Positions 51,788-62,851 of a stretch of DNA of 64,000 bases are shown piece after piece. Each line of letters opens with the position of its first letter. Within the stretch, counting starts at the first letter, position 1. Source of the stretch: Squalus acanthias. Lineage: Eukaryota. Made by a program: the position numbers and the translations under genes. The notes below the pieces were generated by a model. The model was not told the DNA's origin. It searched no databases and saw nothing but the letters and a program-made list of their open reading frames with translations. The DNA is taken from NCBI GenBank assembly GCA_030390025.1, contig CM059432.1:77254001-77318000 (forward strand), read 5' to 3'.

Positions 51788-53205
51788 GGGGGCGATTTTC
51801 TCACTGGAGGCGAGATGGAGGCTGGTTTCGGTTTGGGTGGGTTTGAAACCCGCCTCCACTGATAGTTTTCAAAAAATTGCGATTTTCCCATGATTGGCAA
51901 CTTGATTTCAGAGGTGTGGGATGCCCTTGGTCAATTAGTGTTTTGGGACTGAAACTCGCCTCTGCTGACATCACTTTTCCAGTCTGATTTTATGGCTTTT
52001 TGCTGCCTTGGCTCATTCCACAGGATTTCTGCCTATGTTGCACCACCTGCAACATATTCTGAGAAACCACTATGTCCAATTCCAAGGCAAAGGCCACCCC
52101 GAGGCTCTCGGATGAGGCGCTGCAAATGTTGTTTGAGGGGGTGACAGCGAGCAGGGAGGTGCTCTTCCACTCATCTGGGAGGAAGAGGCCTCCCAAAGAA
52201 ACCAAGGCTGTGTGGGTCCAGCTGGCAAGGGATATAACCTCCAGATCTATGTGCAGATTGGGAGAATGTTTCTCTGTATTGATGAAATGCCATCCCTGTT
52301 GGATAGCATTAAAATGATTTGATGCCAAAATGTTGGTGTTATGGCATCTGTTCTTTCGCCTTAGGCAGCGCCACATTGCGGGCTCCGCCACACTTGTGTT
52401 GTCAGGTTGATGGCCTGAGTAAAAGGAGGCCTGAGAGTCATGTCCATTGTCAATGATGTCTTAGGATGGAGCCAAGGACATGTGCCAACTTGGCCAACCT
52501 ATGCAAATCTGGCCATGATAAGTTCATCCCTTGCATCCCAGGCAGCCATGTGCTCGCGTGCTGCTGCTGGTCGATGCACCGGCGCTCTGACCTCCTCCTG
52601 CTCCTCCTCCTCCTCCTGCTCCTCCTCCTCCCCCTCCTCCTCTTCAGCCTCATCCTCCTCCTCCTCCTCATCCTCATCTGAGGTCCATGGAGAAATAAAA
52701 GATGCCTCCGTTGGGGAAGCGCTCATTGCAAGCGGGGAGAGGGTCTTCCAAGGAGGTCCCACAGTTGATAGATTTAAGCTGCAGCACCTCCGATTTCGGT
52801 AGGCCTTCTAAAAGTGCTCAAAGACCTTTTAAAGCAAAGTTCTGGCACCTGCAAGTAATCCTTGATGAAATAAACGATGTCTTGTTGGACCTGCAGCTGT
52901 GAGGAGACCACCCACGAGTCAACCCGCCAGGTTTAGCTGGCGTGGTTTTGGAGGGTCGTGGAACATGCCGAAATGCTCGAAAAATCACGAGGGCCTCTCA
53001 AAATAGGCTTAGAGAGGCCCTTAACGAGCATTTAATGATGTTAACTAGCACTATGGCCAGCTGGAGGTGGGACCGTTTCCCGACCTCCAAAACCGGCACC
53101 GGCAAAATCTCGCAGAGGCGGGTTGGGGACGGGTTCCGAACCCGCCCTCATTGTTTCTGATTTTCCCGCCTTACCCGCCTCCTCCGATGTCAGTAAATTG
53201 GCCCC
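51788..53205. mobile_element. Internally deleted Harbinger element with both TIRs and TAT target-site duplication
   Basis: TIR-L GGGGGCGATTTTCTCAC versus reverse complement of TIR-R GGGGCCAATTTACTGAC (13/17). TAT at 51785-51787 and 53206-53208. Plus strand 52072: Myb/SANT-like 'PRLSDEALQMLFEGV...REVLF...WVQLARDITSRS'. Minus strand: poly-Glu + 'AAWDARDELIMARFA*', a transposase-type C-terminus. Confidence 0.85.
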
Positions 53206-55609
53206 TATATTGACTTCCCTGTCCTGTGCAGCTGAAAACTGTTGGACTTTGTAATGCTGTTACAATGGTAAAATCTTTGGCTTGATCCAAGCTATTTGTT
53301 CCTAGAATTACAAAACCACTTCATTTAACCACATGTGATTACCACACCCCTTTAAGATTATATTATCCCTTCCTGTGTTTACATGTACAGGAAGTCATGT
53401 ATCTATGCTACCAACAGATCTTTCACATGTGAACACCAACACATTAATTTTTATGATTGATTTACCACTGTATCCAGTATGCAGTGAAAAAGAGGAAAGT
53501 ACCATATATAGCTTATGTGAGCATTATAGGAGAATGTCAGATGAATAGGCCCAAATGCCCGATTTTGTGGTGCATTAATTTCAGCAAACTGCAAATTCAA
53601 CCATGTTTTGGAGGTGTCGTACAGAGCGTGTGTGAGCCTCATTACACCTCATAACTATAGTCGACTGTATGTAAGTTTGATATATCCAGGAAGCCAGACT
53701 ACAGTGTAAAGGGTTTTCTGTTTGACTGTTGAGTCTGGCTACATTTACTTAGATATTGGGCAGGAAAAGGCACGGTCTGTATGGAATGCATGGTCTGCTT
53801 ATGGCAGTGGTCAGTACTACTGAGCTCAAGTTGAATATCTAGCGTTAAAACACCAAAACATAACATGGGTCACTACTTTGGGTAGCAGTGCATACCTTTG
53901 GTTCTCTAGAAACCCACGGCCCATTCTCCCAGCTCCATCAAATAATGATGACACAGCGGACTATCACAAAAAGAAGGCATTTTGGCGGCCACCAGGATAC
54001 TCTGCATTTACTTTCATTATTCTGGTCCTGTGGCCCAACACCACTTGCGCATGAATAGAACAAAGTCTTTCCTATTCATACATGTCAGGACTTTCCTGCT
54101 AGGGAAATATATCAAGTACTGCCGTGTTTTCTATGGCAACAGCATAGGTGTTCAGTATCCTACCTGGCTCTATGCACCTGACCCTGCCGTGGCTCTATGA
54201 GTTCCATGTCCTTCTCCTCATAGGCCTGGATCTCTGCTGAGGCTTACAAAGGCTGCAGCCCCTTCCTTATTTGGGGCTCTATTGCCATTTTAAAGTCTCT
54301 CACCACCTCTTTTGGTGATGCAACAGGTTTCCCATTACAGAACCACCTCGTTCTTATCTTCAGCCCTAACGGTCTCCTCCTTTGCAGCAGGAATCGTGCC
54401 AGGAGCCCTCTCTGCATGGCCAATGATCTCTAACTCATGAAAATAGTTTGGGGTTACAGCAGAGTCGGAGGAGCAGGTGGACGTCCCACATCACTGCTAC
54501 TTCGCCCCAATGAAGGACATCCAAACCTCAGTTTCTGCTCTATGCTGTTACTTGATCTCAGCCAGGATGACTGTAGGGGCACTGTAATTGGCCTCAAATG
54601 CCCCAGAGCTAAGGTATGAAAAAGTCTACCAGCCATCCTGCTTTTACTTGCAATCCAGTGCCTCCAGCTGAAATGTGTGGATGTTTGGTGAGGGGAGGAT
54701 CAGGTTCCAACTATGATGACTACATGGTTGAATATCCTATCAGCATTCGCTGCCTTGGCTGAAGCATGAAGAATAACCACGTGGGCCACGAACTGTAGCC
54801 AGCATGAGTCAAGAGAGGAGGAGAGAAATTCAGAAAATAAATCACTGGGACCATTTGCATAATGTATAACAGGTGGTTTGGATTGTACCACGTCACAGAT
54901 ACATAAATTCTCATACCTATAAATTTTCACAAGCACAATTTTTCATAAGGGATCATTGCTAGTAATGCAATGATATAGTTGTACTGACAAAGATTTATGA
55001 AACTTCAGCACTCCGCACTGTCATTGGTTTGACTCTATGATTGTAATAGACGGAAGAAATGTTGTACAGTGCATTTTATAGCCAATGTTAAATTTCAAAG
55101 AACTGATTTTTTTCTTTCGCTGTCTTGATGTCTGTGCGTTTTAAACCTTGTCCAACCAAGTCTAAATTCTGCAAGTGGTGGCATGCTGAAACATGGTGGA
55201 TGATTGCAATGAGCTTAATGTTAATTGGCAGAGTTCCCCTGAAGGGTTTTTAGTTGGTTAGCAACCTCTCCAGTTTGAATCGAACAATCCAATTTTAGAG
55301 AGACCACGCAGTAATTTTAATAACTGAAATCCAGATGGCAAACACCCAATTTTAACCCTTCCCACTCCATGTTGATGTGGCAGGTGGGTCATTAAATGGC
55401 GGTTGGTCGCTTCCCACAGTGCTCCCGGCACGTTGCTGCCATTTTAACCTTGCCGATTCTGGTCACAGGGAAGGTCCCAGCACAGGCACCCAGGGGCCTC
55501 ATCAATACTTACATGTTGGGGTTCATTCACATCACACACATTCACACACGGAATCATGGCTACGATGCCCAGTGCCAGAGTCACCAGTGAAACTTAGTGG
55601 CAGGAAAAA

Positions 55610-55895
55610 GAAAGACTTGCATTTTTTATAGCTCCTTTTCTGACCTCAGGATGTCCTAAAGCACTTTACAGGTGATGAAGTACTTTTGAAGTGTAGTCAC
55701 TATTGTAGGAAATGCGGCAGCCAATTTGCACACAGCCAGGTCCCACAAACAGCAATGAGATAAAGACCAGATAATCTGTTTTAGAGAGGTTGAGGGATGA
55801 ATATTGACCGCGACCCTGGGGAGAACTCCCCAGCTCTTCTTCGAAATAGTGCCATGGGATTTTCACCTGCAAAGGCAGACGGTTTAACATCCATC
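55610..55895 (-). mobile_element. Deu-domain SINE, 5'-truncated
   Basis: Reverse complement matches ~11870-12140 (GAAGTACTTTTGAAGTGTAGTCAC; CCCACAAACAGCAATG; GCTCTTCTTCGAAAT). Confidence 0.8.
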
Positions 55896-56915
55896 CAGTG
55901 TGGTACTGATCAATCAGACTGGTAATGTCCCACATTCAGTCCCTGGTTTGTGCTGATTGAAGCTGGAGCAATAATTGAATCGCTACAATTCGACTCAATA
56001 TCAATCACCCAGGGTTCTGTTCATTCATTTCTGATCACTATTCAGTGCCCCCTGCTGGAAAATGCATAGCCTAGAAATAGGTTCGCACCAGCCTTCCGAC
56101 GCCAACTGCGTGCAGGGAATGATCCCTGCATCGGACTGGGTAGGCCCAAGACCCGCTCGATGTTGGTCCTCAGGTCTCATTTACAGCTGGCTTGGGTGTA
56201 ATGAGCTCGTGTGCCCTGCCTGCCATGTTGGATGCTTAGGCGCCTGTTTTCTGCCTGAGAAACAGGCGTTTGCCATCGAATTTCTCGGCCCACATGTGGA
56301 TGTCGAGTGAAGACAGAATCAAATTTGACTAATGCCTTCACTTGGAAAAATAGACAGTTGACACTCATTGTGTAGTTTTACACATTCTGAGATATTGGTG
56401 CATTGGCAGTGCCCGTGGGAACATATACCTACAAGGCAGAAAAATAGTACCCCTAATAATTCATTGAATTGAGAATTTTTGACGCGGTGCAGAAAATTAG
56501 GTGGATAATTTATTTATACTGAGCAATTAGCTCACTCTCTCAGATGACAATGAACAACTTGAAGGAAGCACGGGTCGGAGAATTTCCACTACATCATTGG
56601 CCCTTTCTGAAGCCCAGCAGCTGTAGACGAAAAATCCACATGGCGGGACCTCAGTGGGTGAACCAAACAATGTCCAAATTGTTCTCTAGTAGTCAGAGCA
56701 CTGTAATTAAGAGCCCATGTCTCAATAGAAACACTGACAGTGTTCAACAGAGAAGTGTTCAACTGTTCTGTTCTTGGTCCCTCACTTTTTCGTACGTCAC
56801 AGATGGCTTTGAAGATGTCACTCACTCCATGGTGGAAATTTTAACCCTAAAAAACGGGTGCGTTGGGGTCAGCTGAGAGGTTAAAGTGTTAAAAAACTGA
56901 ATCCCGACCCCAACC

Positions 56916-57108
56916 AACATAACAAAAACAGATTATCTGGTCATTATCACATTGCTGTTTGTGGGGCATTGCTGAGCGCAAATTGGCTGCTGTATTTCCC
57001 ACATTACAACAGTGACTACACTTCAAAAGTACTTCATTAGCTGTAAAGCACTTTGAGACGTCCGGTGGTCATGAAAGGCGCTATATAAATGCAAGTCTTC
57101 TTCTTCTT
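56916..57108 (+). mobile_element. Deu-domain SINE 3' fragment with (TTC)n tail and CAACC TSD, nested in a MITE-like element starting ~56830
   Basis: AAAACAGATTATCTGG...GTGACTACACTTCAAAAGTAC...GAAAGGCGCTATATAAATGCAAGTC(TTC)n. CAACC occurs at 56911-56915 and 57109-57113. Confidence 0.8.
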
Positions 57109-57519
57109 CAACCTGCCCACTTCCAGTTTTAACGGAGGTGGGAGTGGAGGGTGGGCAGCCAACCCGCTCCCAGGTAGCTCATTTAAATATTATAATGAGG
57201 CTGGCGTGCATCAGATTTAACCACCATTACAAATTTAACTTTGGCTGGTCGGGTTTTGCAGGCCTCAGGGAAACCCGCCAGCTAAAGTAAGGCTAGGACA
57301 GCTGGATCCAGGAGGTAAGTGTCTTTACACTCACCTGGATCCAGCGTCCCTGCCTCACCCACCTCCCCCGCGATTGGAGACCCCCCACAAAGACTCCGAT
57401 TTCCCCCCCGCGAGACCTCCAATTTCCCTCCCCCTCCACGAGGCCTCCAATTTCTGCCCCCCTACAAGGCCTCCGATCCCCCCCACGAGGCTTCCGATCG
57501 CCTTCCCGGACACCCCCCT

Positions 57520-58520
57520 CCAGCCCCAATCTTCCGGCCCCAATCCTCTCCCTCCACGCCCCCAATCTTCCGGCCCCGATGCTTCCCACCCGCCCCCCCA
57601 ATCCTCCTCCAGTCGGCCCCAACGCTTCTCTCCTTCCCCCCACACCCCCAATCCTCCTCCGGTCGGCCCCAATGCTTCTCTCCTTCCCCCCACCCCCCCA
57701 ATCCTCCTCCGGTTGGCCCCAATGCTTCTCTCCTCCCGCCCCCCCCCACCCCCCCAATCCTTCTCCGGTCGGCCCCAATGCTTCTCTCCTTCCTCCCCCC
57801 CCCAATCCTCCTCCAGTCGGCCCCAATGCTTCTCTTCTTCCCCCCACCCGCCCAATCCTCCTCCAGTCGGCCCCAATGCGTCCACCCCCCCGACACCCCC
57901 AATCCTTCTCCGGTCGGCCCCAATGCTTCTCTCCTTACCCCCACCCCCCCAATCCTCCGCCAGTCGGCCCCAATGCGTCCACCCCCCCGACCCCCAATCC
58001 TCCTCCGGTCGGCCCCAATGCTTCTCTCCTTCCCCCCACCCGCCCAATCCTTCTCCGGTCGGGCCCCAATGCTTCTCTCCTTCCCCCCCAATCCTTCTCC
58101 GGTCGGCCCCAATGCTTCTCTCCTTCCCCCCACCCCCCCAATCCTTCTCCGGTCGGCCCCAATGCTTCTCTCCTTCCCCCCCCCACCCACCCCCCAATCC
58201 TCCTCCGGTCAGCCCCAATGCTTCTCTCCTCCCCCCCCAATCCTCCTCCAGTCGGCCCCAATGCTTCTCTCCTTCCCTCCCCCCCCACCCCCCAAACCCC
58301 CTTCCGGTCAGCCCCAATGCTTCTCTCCTTCCCCCCCCCCCCACCCCCCAATCCTCCTCCAGTCGGCCCCAATGCTTCTCTCCTTCCCCCCCCACCCCCC
58401 AATCCTCCTCCAGTCGGCCCCAATGCTTCTCTCCTTCCCCCCACCCCCCCAATCCTACTCCGGTCGGCCCCAATGCGTCCACCCCCCGACCCCCAATCCT
58501 CCTCGGGTCGGCCCTGATTC
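57520..58520. repeat. C-rich ~50-bp minisatellite (VNTR), about 20 copies
   Basis: Unit CCCCCAATCCT[C/T]CTCC[G/A]GTCGGCCCCAATGCTTCTCTCCTTCCCCCC(A) with variable poly-C length. A shorter variant ...CCCCAATGCGTCCACCCCCC occurs three times. Confidence 0.92.
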
Positions 58521-58653
58521 TTCCTTCCCCCCCTCACTCACGTTTTTATGGGCTCTCATCTTGGAAAGAACCTACAGGAGGAGAAAAGGACAGGCAGGAG
58601 CACAGCATCCCAGCATCCCAATACAATGTCTAAGTAAGAACATTAGACTTAGT

Positions 58654-58838
58654 GGAGTAGATCTTGACTTTGTGTGATGGTGTAAAATGGGTGATAGTGA
58701 GTCAGCAGCCCCTATTACATCCCTCCCGAATTTAATTTCCATTATATCAATAGAAATAAAAATCAGGAGAGATGTAAAATGGGCACCCAAAGCTCCATGA
58801 CCTGTTTTACACTACCGCACAAAGTCAAGATCTGCCCC
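58654..58838. mobile_element. 185-bp palindromic MITE with 38-bp TIRs and AGT TSD
   Basis: TIR-L GGAGTAGATCTTGACTTTGTGTGATGGTGTAAAATGGG versus reverse complement of TIR-R GGGGCAGATCTTGACTTTGTGCGGTAGTGTAAAACAGG (31/38, all differences transitions). AGT at 58651-58653 and 58839-58841. A second ~30-bp inverted repeat lies inside. Confidence 0.88.
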
Positions 58839-61280
58839 AGTGTGTGATACTGCTGCTTAGCAAATAAAGGCACAGGCAGGAGAAAGACAGGTAATGTGGG
58901 AAAGATGTTGAAGATATGAGGCTACTGGCACAATGCCTCCAAACCCGATGGCCACCAGCTTCTCGAGGAAATAGAGCAAAGGCTGTCTCCTTGGGGGTAG
59001 TGAGGCTCTTGATGTTTGCAGGTCCTCTGTGCGTCGTATCCTCTTCTGGTGATGAATATTAGAGGAACAAATCCCACACACCAGTGCCCACAATTCACCC
59101 CTCCCAGGGACCCCACTTTACCAAGGGCACACCTGGAGCTTGTGGCAGTACCGAATTGTACGGAAAAGTGCAAGGTGCTGAATGACTCATTACTGAAGTG
59201 CCCCGCACCAAATCTTTCAGTAACAAAAATAAGGCTGTAATGCATTCATATGTCATTCCCCTGTCTATTATTTTAATGAAATTTAATTTGGAACGGTTAA
59301 TGCCTACACTAAAATAGCAGCTACAGGACTGTCATATAAACGCATTAAAGTGTTCCTCCGCTAATTTCACTAACAGTAATTTATAAGCTTATAATCTTGA
59401 AACTAGCTAACAATCACAAACTAATGTATTAATAAACCTTCTACATATTATTGCAACTTTGTGTATTTCAAAACCGATTTGTAATTGGGGGTTGGAGTTT
59501 CATTTACTGGAACAATGTGATTTTCAAACTGCTACATTGATTTCTATACTAGATTGAGTAACACTGTGCCAGTCACTAAAGCATCATGTACTGGTGTCAC
59601 AATAGAATGTTGTAGTTTATCCTCAAGCTAACATGTAGAAACTGAACTAATTACTGGCAACTGGCGGTTTTTCAAAGTGAAACTCTTGCTAATTTAGCTG
59701 GGCTTGTTTGAACCACCTAACCCCTCTCTACTACCCCTCACCTCCTCCCTCCACTCCCCTTTCCACCCCAAATATAGGCTATGGAATTTATTGCAAGACT
59801 GCATCCTTCTGTTTGCCACGTAAAACTCTGCTTCAATGCACACGTGTCTCATTTGCATGACTACATATTAATATTCTCCCTTTCCCTGTATCAAATCACA
59901 TTTTTACTCATGCATGCATTAGGCTCATTTTCCCTTGACTTTATGTCTAAATATAAGGATAATTTCATGGTGATCAAAATATGGCCCCATATCTTTTTAG
60001 CCAGCTTGTGTGAGTTTGGGAATGTAACTGTTTCTTTATTCATAAGGTTTCGACTTTGAGGTCACAATTTCAGCATTTAATTAATTGCGATAAGTTCAAT
60101 GAATATTAAATGAAATATTCAGAAAGGACTATAAAAATTCTACCTTAACACAAGAATTCATAATGGATTGTCAAAAGTTCCACCTTAAGACTGAAGTGAA
60201 CCCAGTAAGCAGTGCACCCTCGTGGAACTGGGCTCACTGGGCAGAAAGAACTCGTGTCCTCGTTAAGCATTTTTATAGTTGCAAACAGAAGTCAAATTCG
60301 ACCTGAAAATGGACAGAATTCCACCTCAATTGCCATTAAAAATTCTTCGAATCATGCATTCCAAAGCTCAATGAAACTCACCTCAGGGTTAAGTGAAAAT
60401 TTGGATGCATGCAGATGCATTCCAGAAGTAAATTAGAATTAAGACTTGTGACTAGACTTCTTATCTGAATCTTACAATTACTACCGGCAATTCAACTCTA
60501 TTTACCATAGTGCTATTGCTCTCCTCCCATTTTTAAACATTATCTGCATTGCATATCCACACATGCCTAGATATATTTTCCCCCAATTTTCTCCCTCTCT
60601 TCAAGACACCGGAGGAGAAATTGATTTGCACTGCACTCATCTTTCGAGCGTAAAATGGGCACAATGTATACCAATTTTTGGCATGAGGTCCTGCACCCAA
60701 TCTGTGCCGACAGCGTGACTGCCACCATGTTGGTTTTTGCTGTTTTTAGGTGTCCCTGGCAGGCCACCTTAAAGCACTGTTCCTCCTGACTCCACAAAAC
60801 TGCGGGCCGCTGATGGTCTATGTTTGCCCGCCTTCCGTTTGCCTCCCCCATCCCCCACTACGTGGACTTACCTGTGGGCCGGCTTGGCATCCAATCTCAC
60901 TGAAATTGGGAAGGTCCAGATTGGTGAGCTGCTTGGGGGCCCCTGATTGGTTGCTATTCTCTCACGATCCTCGTGCATCTCTCTTCAGGTGCAGGGATTG
61001 TTCCCTGCACACATTTGGCACCCGTAAACTGGCACAAACCAATATCTATCCCACTAACTCATGTTAGGGTACAGTTCTATAAGTGCTGGCAGCCCTCCAG
61101 TACCTTGTCCATTCTTTATGTGTGAGCCTAAACTGTTGGCTGGGTATCTGGCCATGGCTTGTATCACAGCTAAATCCAATCCTATCCTCACCCAATAACC
61201 ATATTTGCGTTCTTTCTGGAAGAAGGCCTTGGATAGCGATCAGGAAGGGCTTCCGTGGCTGACTTTTGTTTCCTCTTTCC

Positions 61281-61698
61281 TGGGGTTGTTCTCCTTAGAG
61301 CAGAGAAGGTTCAGAGGAGATTTTATAGAGGTGTTCAAAATCATGAGGGGTCTGGACAGGGTAGATAGAGAGAAACTGTTCCCATTGGCGGAAGGGTCGA
61401 GAACCAGAGGACGCAGATTTAAGGTGATTGGCAAAAGAACCAAAGACGACATGAGGAAAAACTTCTTTACGCAGTGAGTGGTTGGGATCTGGAATGCACT
61501 GCCTGAAAGGGTGGTGGAGGCAGATTCAATTGTGGCTTTCAAAAGGGAATTGGATAAGTACTTGAAGAAAAAAAATTGCAGGGCTACGGGGAAAGGGCGG
61601 GGGAGTGGGACTAGCTGAAGTGCTGTTGCAGAGAGACGGCACGGGCTCGACGGGCTGAATGGCCTCCTTCTGTGCTGTAACCATTCTATGATTCTATG
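61281..61698 (+). mobile_element. CR1-clade LINE 3' end
   Basis: 'LGLFSLEQRRFRGDFIEVFKIMRGLDRVDREKLFPL...KNFFTQ', with the canonical CR1 tail (ATTCTATG)2 at 61683-61698. Confidence 0.9.
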
Positions 61699-62159
61699 CA
61701 GGGAGTACTGTGGCGAATTGTAGCACTCAGTAACTCAACACAGACAGGTTCTAAATAGGGATCTTCCAACTCTTCATGATTCATTTCTACAGTAGACAGT
61801 GCACTTAAAATAAACCATCTGGAGAGCATGTCTATTTTCAAAATTCTCAGTACAAATACCTAGTGAAGCTACCCACTGGTACAAATGGGGAGCTGCTCTA
61901 AAACACATACACTAAACCCAGATTATATCATGGTGGTACCAAAGAGCCAATACCTTCATGTAAAAATTATAACAACATTTCTATCTTTGATTCCAAATGG
62001 GCACCATAATCATGTAAGTTATGTCAAAATGCAGCAATATGTCTCTTGCCCAAGATACTATAATGATGAAAATGGGGTATTATTCTTCTGTTTTATTCAT
62101 CCACCCAAAAAAAAGCTTGCTAAGTAATTTTCCATGAAGGGTTGAACATTTGTGTTTTT

Positions 62160-62515
62160 CTGTCTTAGATGAGATGTTAAACAAAATCTGCCTATTCAAG
62201 TGGATGTAAAAGATTTCATGGCACTATTTAAAGAACAGCAGGGGAGTTCACACTGTTTATCCCTCAATCAACACCTCCAAAAGCTGATTAACTGGCCATT
62301 TTTCTCAATGTTGTTTGTGGGGCTTTGCTATGAGCAGATTGGCTGCTGCATTTGCCTACAAAACAGTGGCTACACATGAATATCCCAGCATTTTCTGTTT
62401 TTATTTCAGATTTCCAGCATCCGCAGTATTTTTCTTTTGTGACTACACTTCATTGACTGTGAAGTACTTTAGGAAGTCCTGAGCATGCGAAAGGCGTGAT
62501 ATAAAAATAAGTTAT
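62160..62515 (+). mobile_element. Old Deu-domain SINE interrupted by a short Penelope-terminus fragment (~62383-62438)
   Basis: GTGGATGTAAAAGAT..CATGGCACTATTT, GTTTGTGGG, GACTACACTTCATTGACTGTGAAG. The insert CCAGCATTTTCTGTTTTTATTTCAG matches 8738-8762. Confidence 0.65.
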
Positions 62516-62554
62516 TTCCTTTAAATCTCCTCTTAGTCTAATCTGCTCCAAAAT

Positions 62555-62625
62555 TGAGAAGTCGCACAACACCAGGTTATAGTCCAACAGATTTATTTAA
62601 AATTACAAGCTTTCGGAGCTATCCT
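62555..62625 (-). mobile_element. Short fragment of another Penelope-type terminal repeat
   Basis: Minus strand reads GCTCCGAAAGCTTGT...AAATAAATCTGTTGGACTATAACCTGGTGTTGTG. The GAAA half of a hammerhead is present and the CTGATGA half is missing. Family assignment is from recall only. Confidence 0.45.
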
Positions 62626-62851
62626 GCCCCTCCACATCATAATCTGCTCCAGTGTAATTAATTCCAGTATCTTCATTCTCTACTCATAACAATTGTTACT
62701 CATCACGGTATCATTCTGGTGAATCTATACTGTACATGCTCTATGGCTATAATGCTCTTTCAATAATAGGTTACCCAAAACTGCATGCAGTATTATTGGC
62801 TTTTAATTACTTTATTAACTTATATTTATATATGAATTTTCAAGAAATTAT

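Noticed and set aside
51160..51893. Pro/Ser/Leu-rich ORFs
   Set aside because: Translation of the polypyrimidine tract.
54160..54830. Possible minus-strand exon(s), with acceptor-like sites at ~54793 and ~54668 and donor-like CAG|GTAGGA at ~54163
   Set aside because: No frame I read stays open across the interval and no protein is recognisable. A non-coding exon cannot be excluded.
58642..58665. Peptide IRLSGVD resembling FANCD2OS, a BRK1 neighbour in mammals
   Set aside because: It straddles the TSD and TIR of the 58654 MITE and the similarity does not extend, so it is coincidental.
57293..58677. Long Pro-rich and Gly-rich ORFs (up to 452 aa) in all six frames
   Set aside because: By-product of a stop-free C-rich VNTR with variable poly-C lengths.
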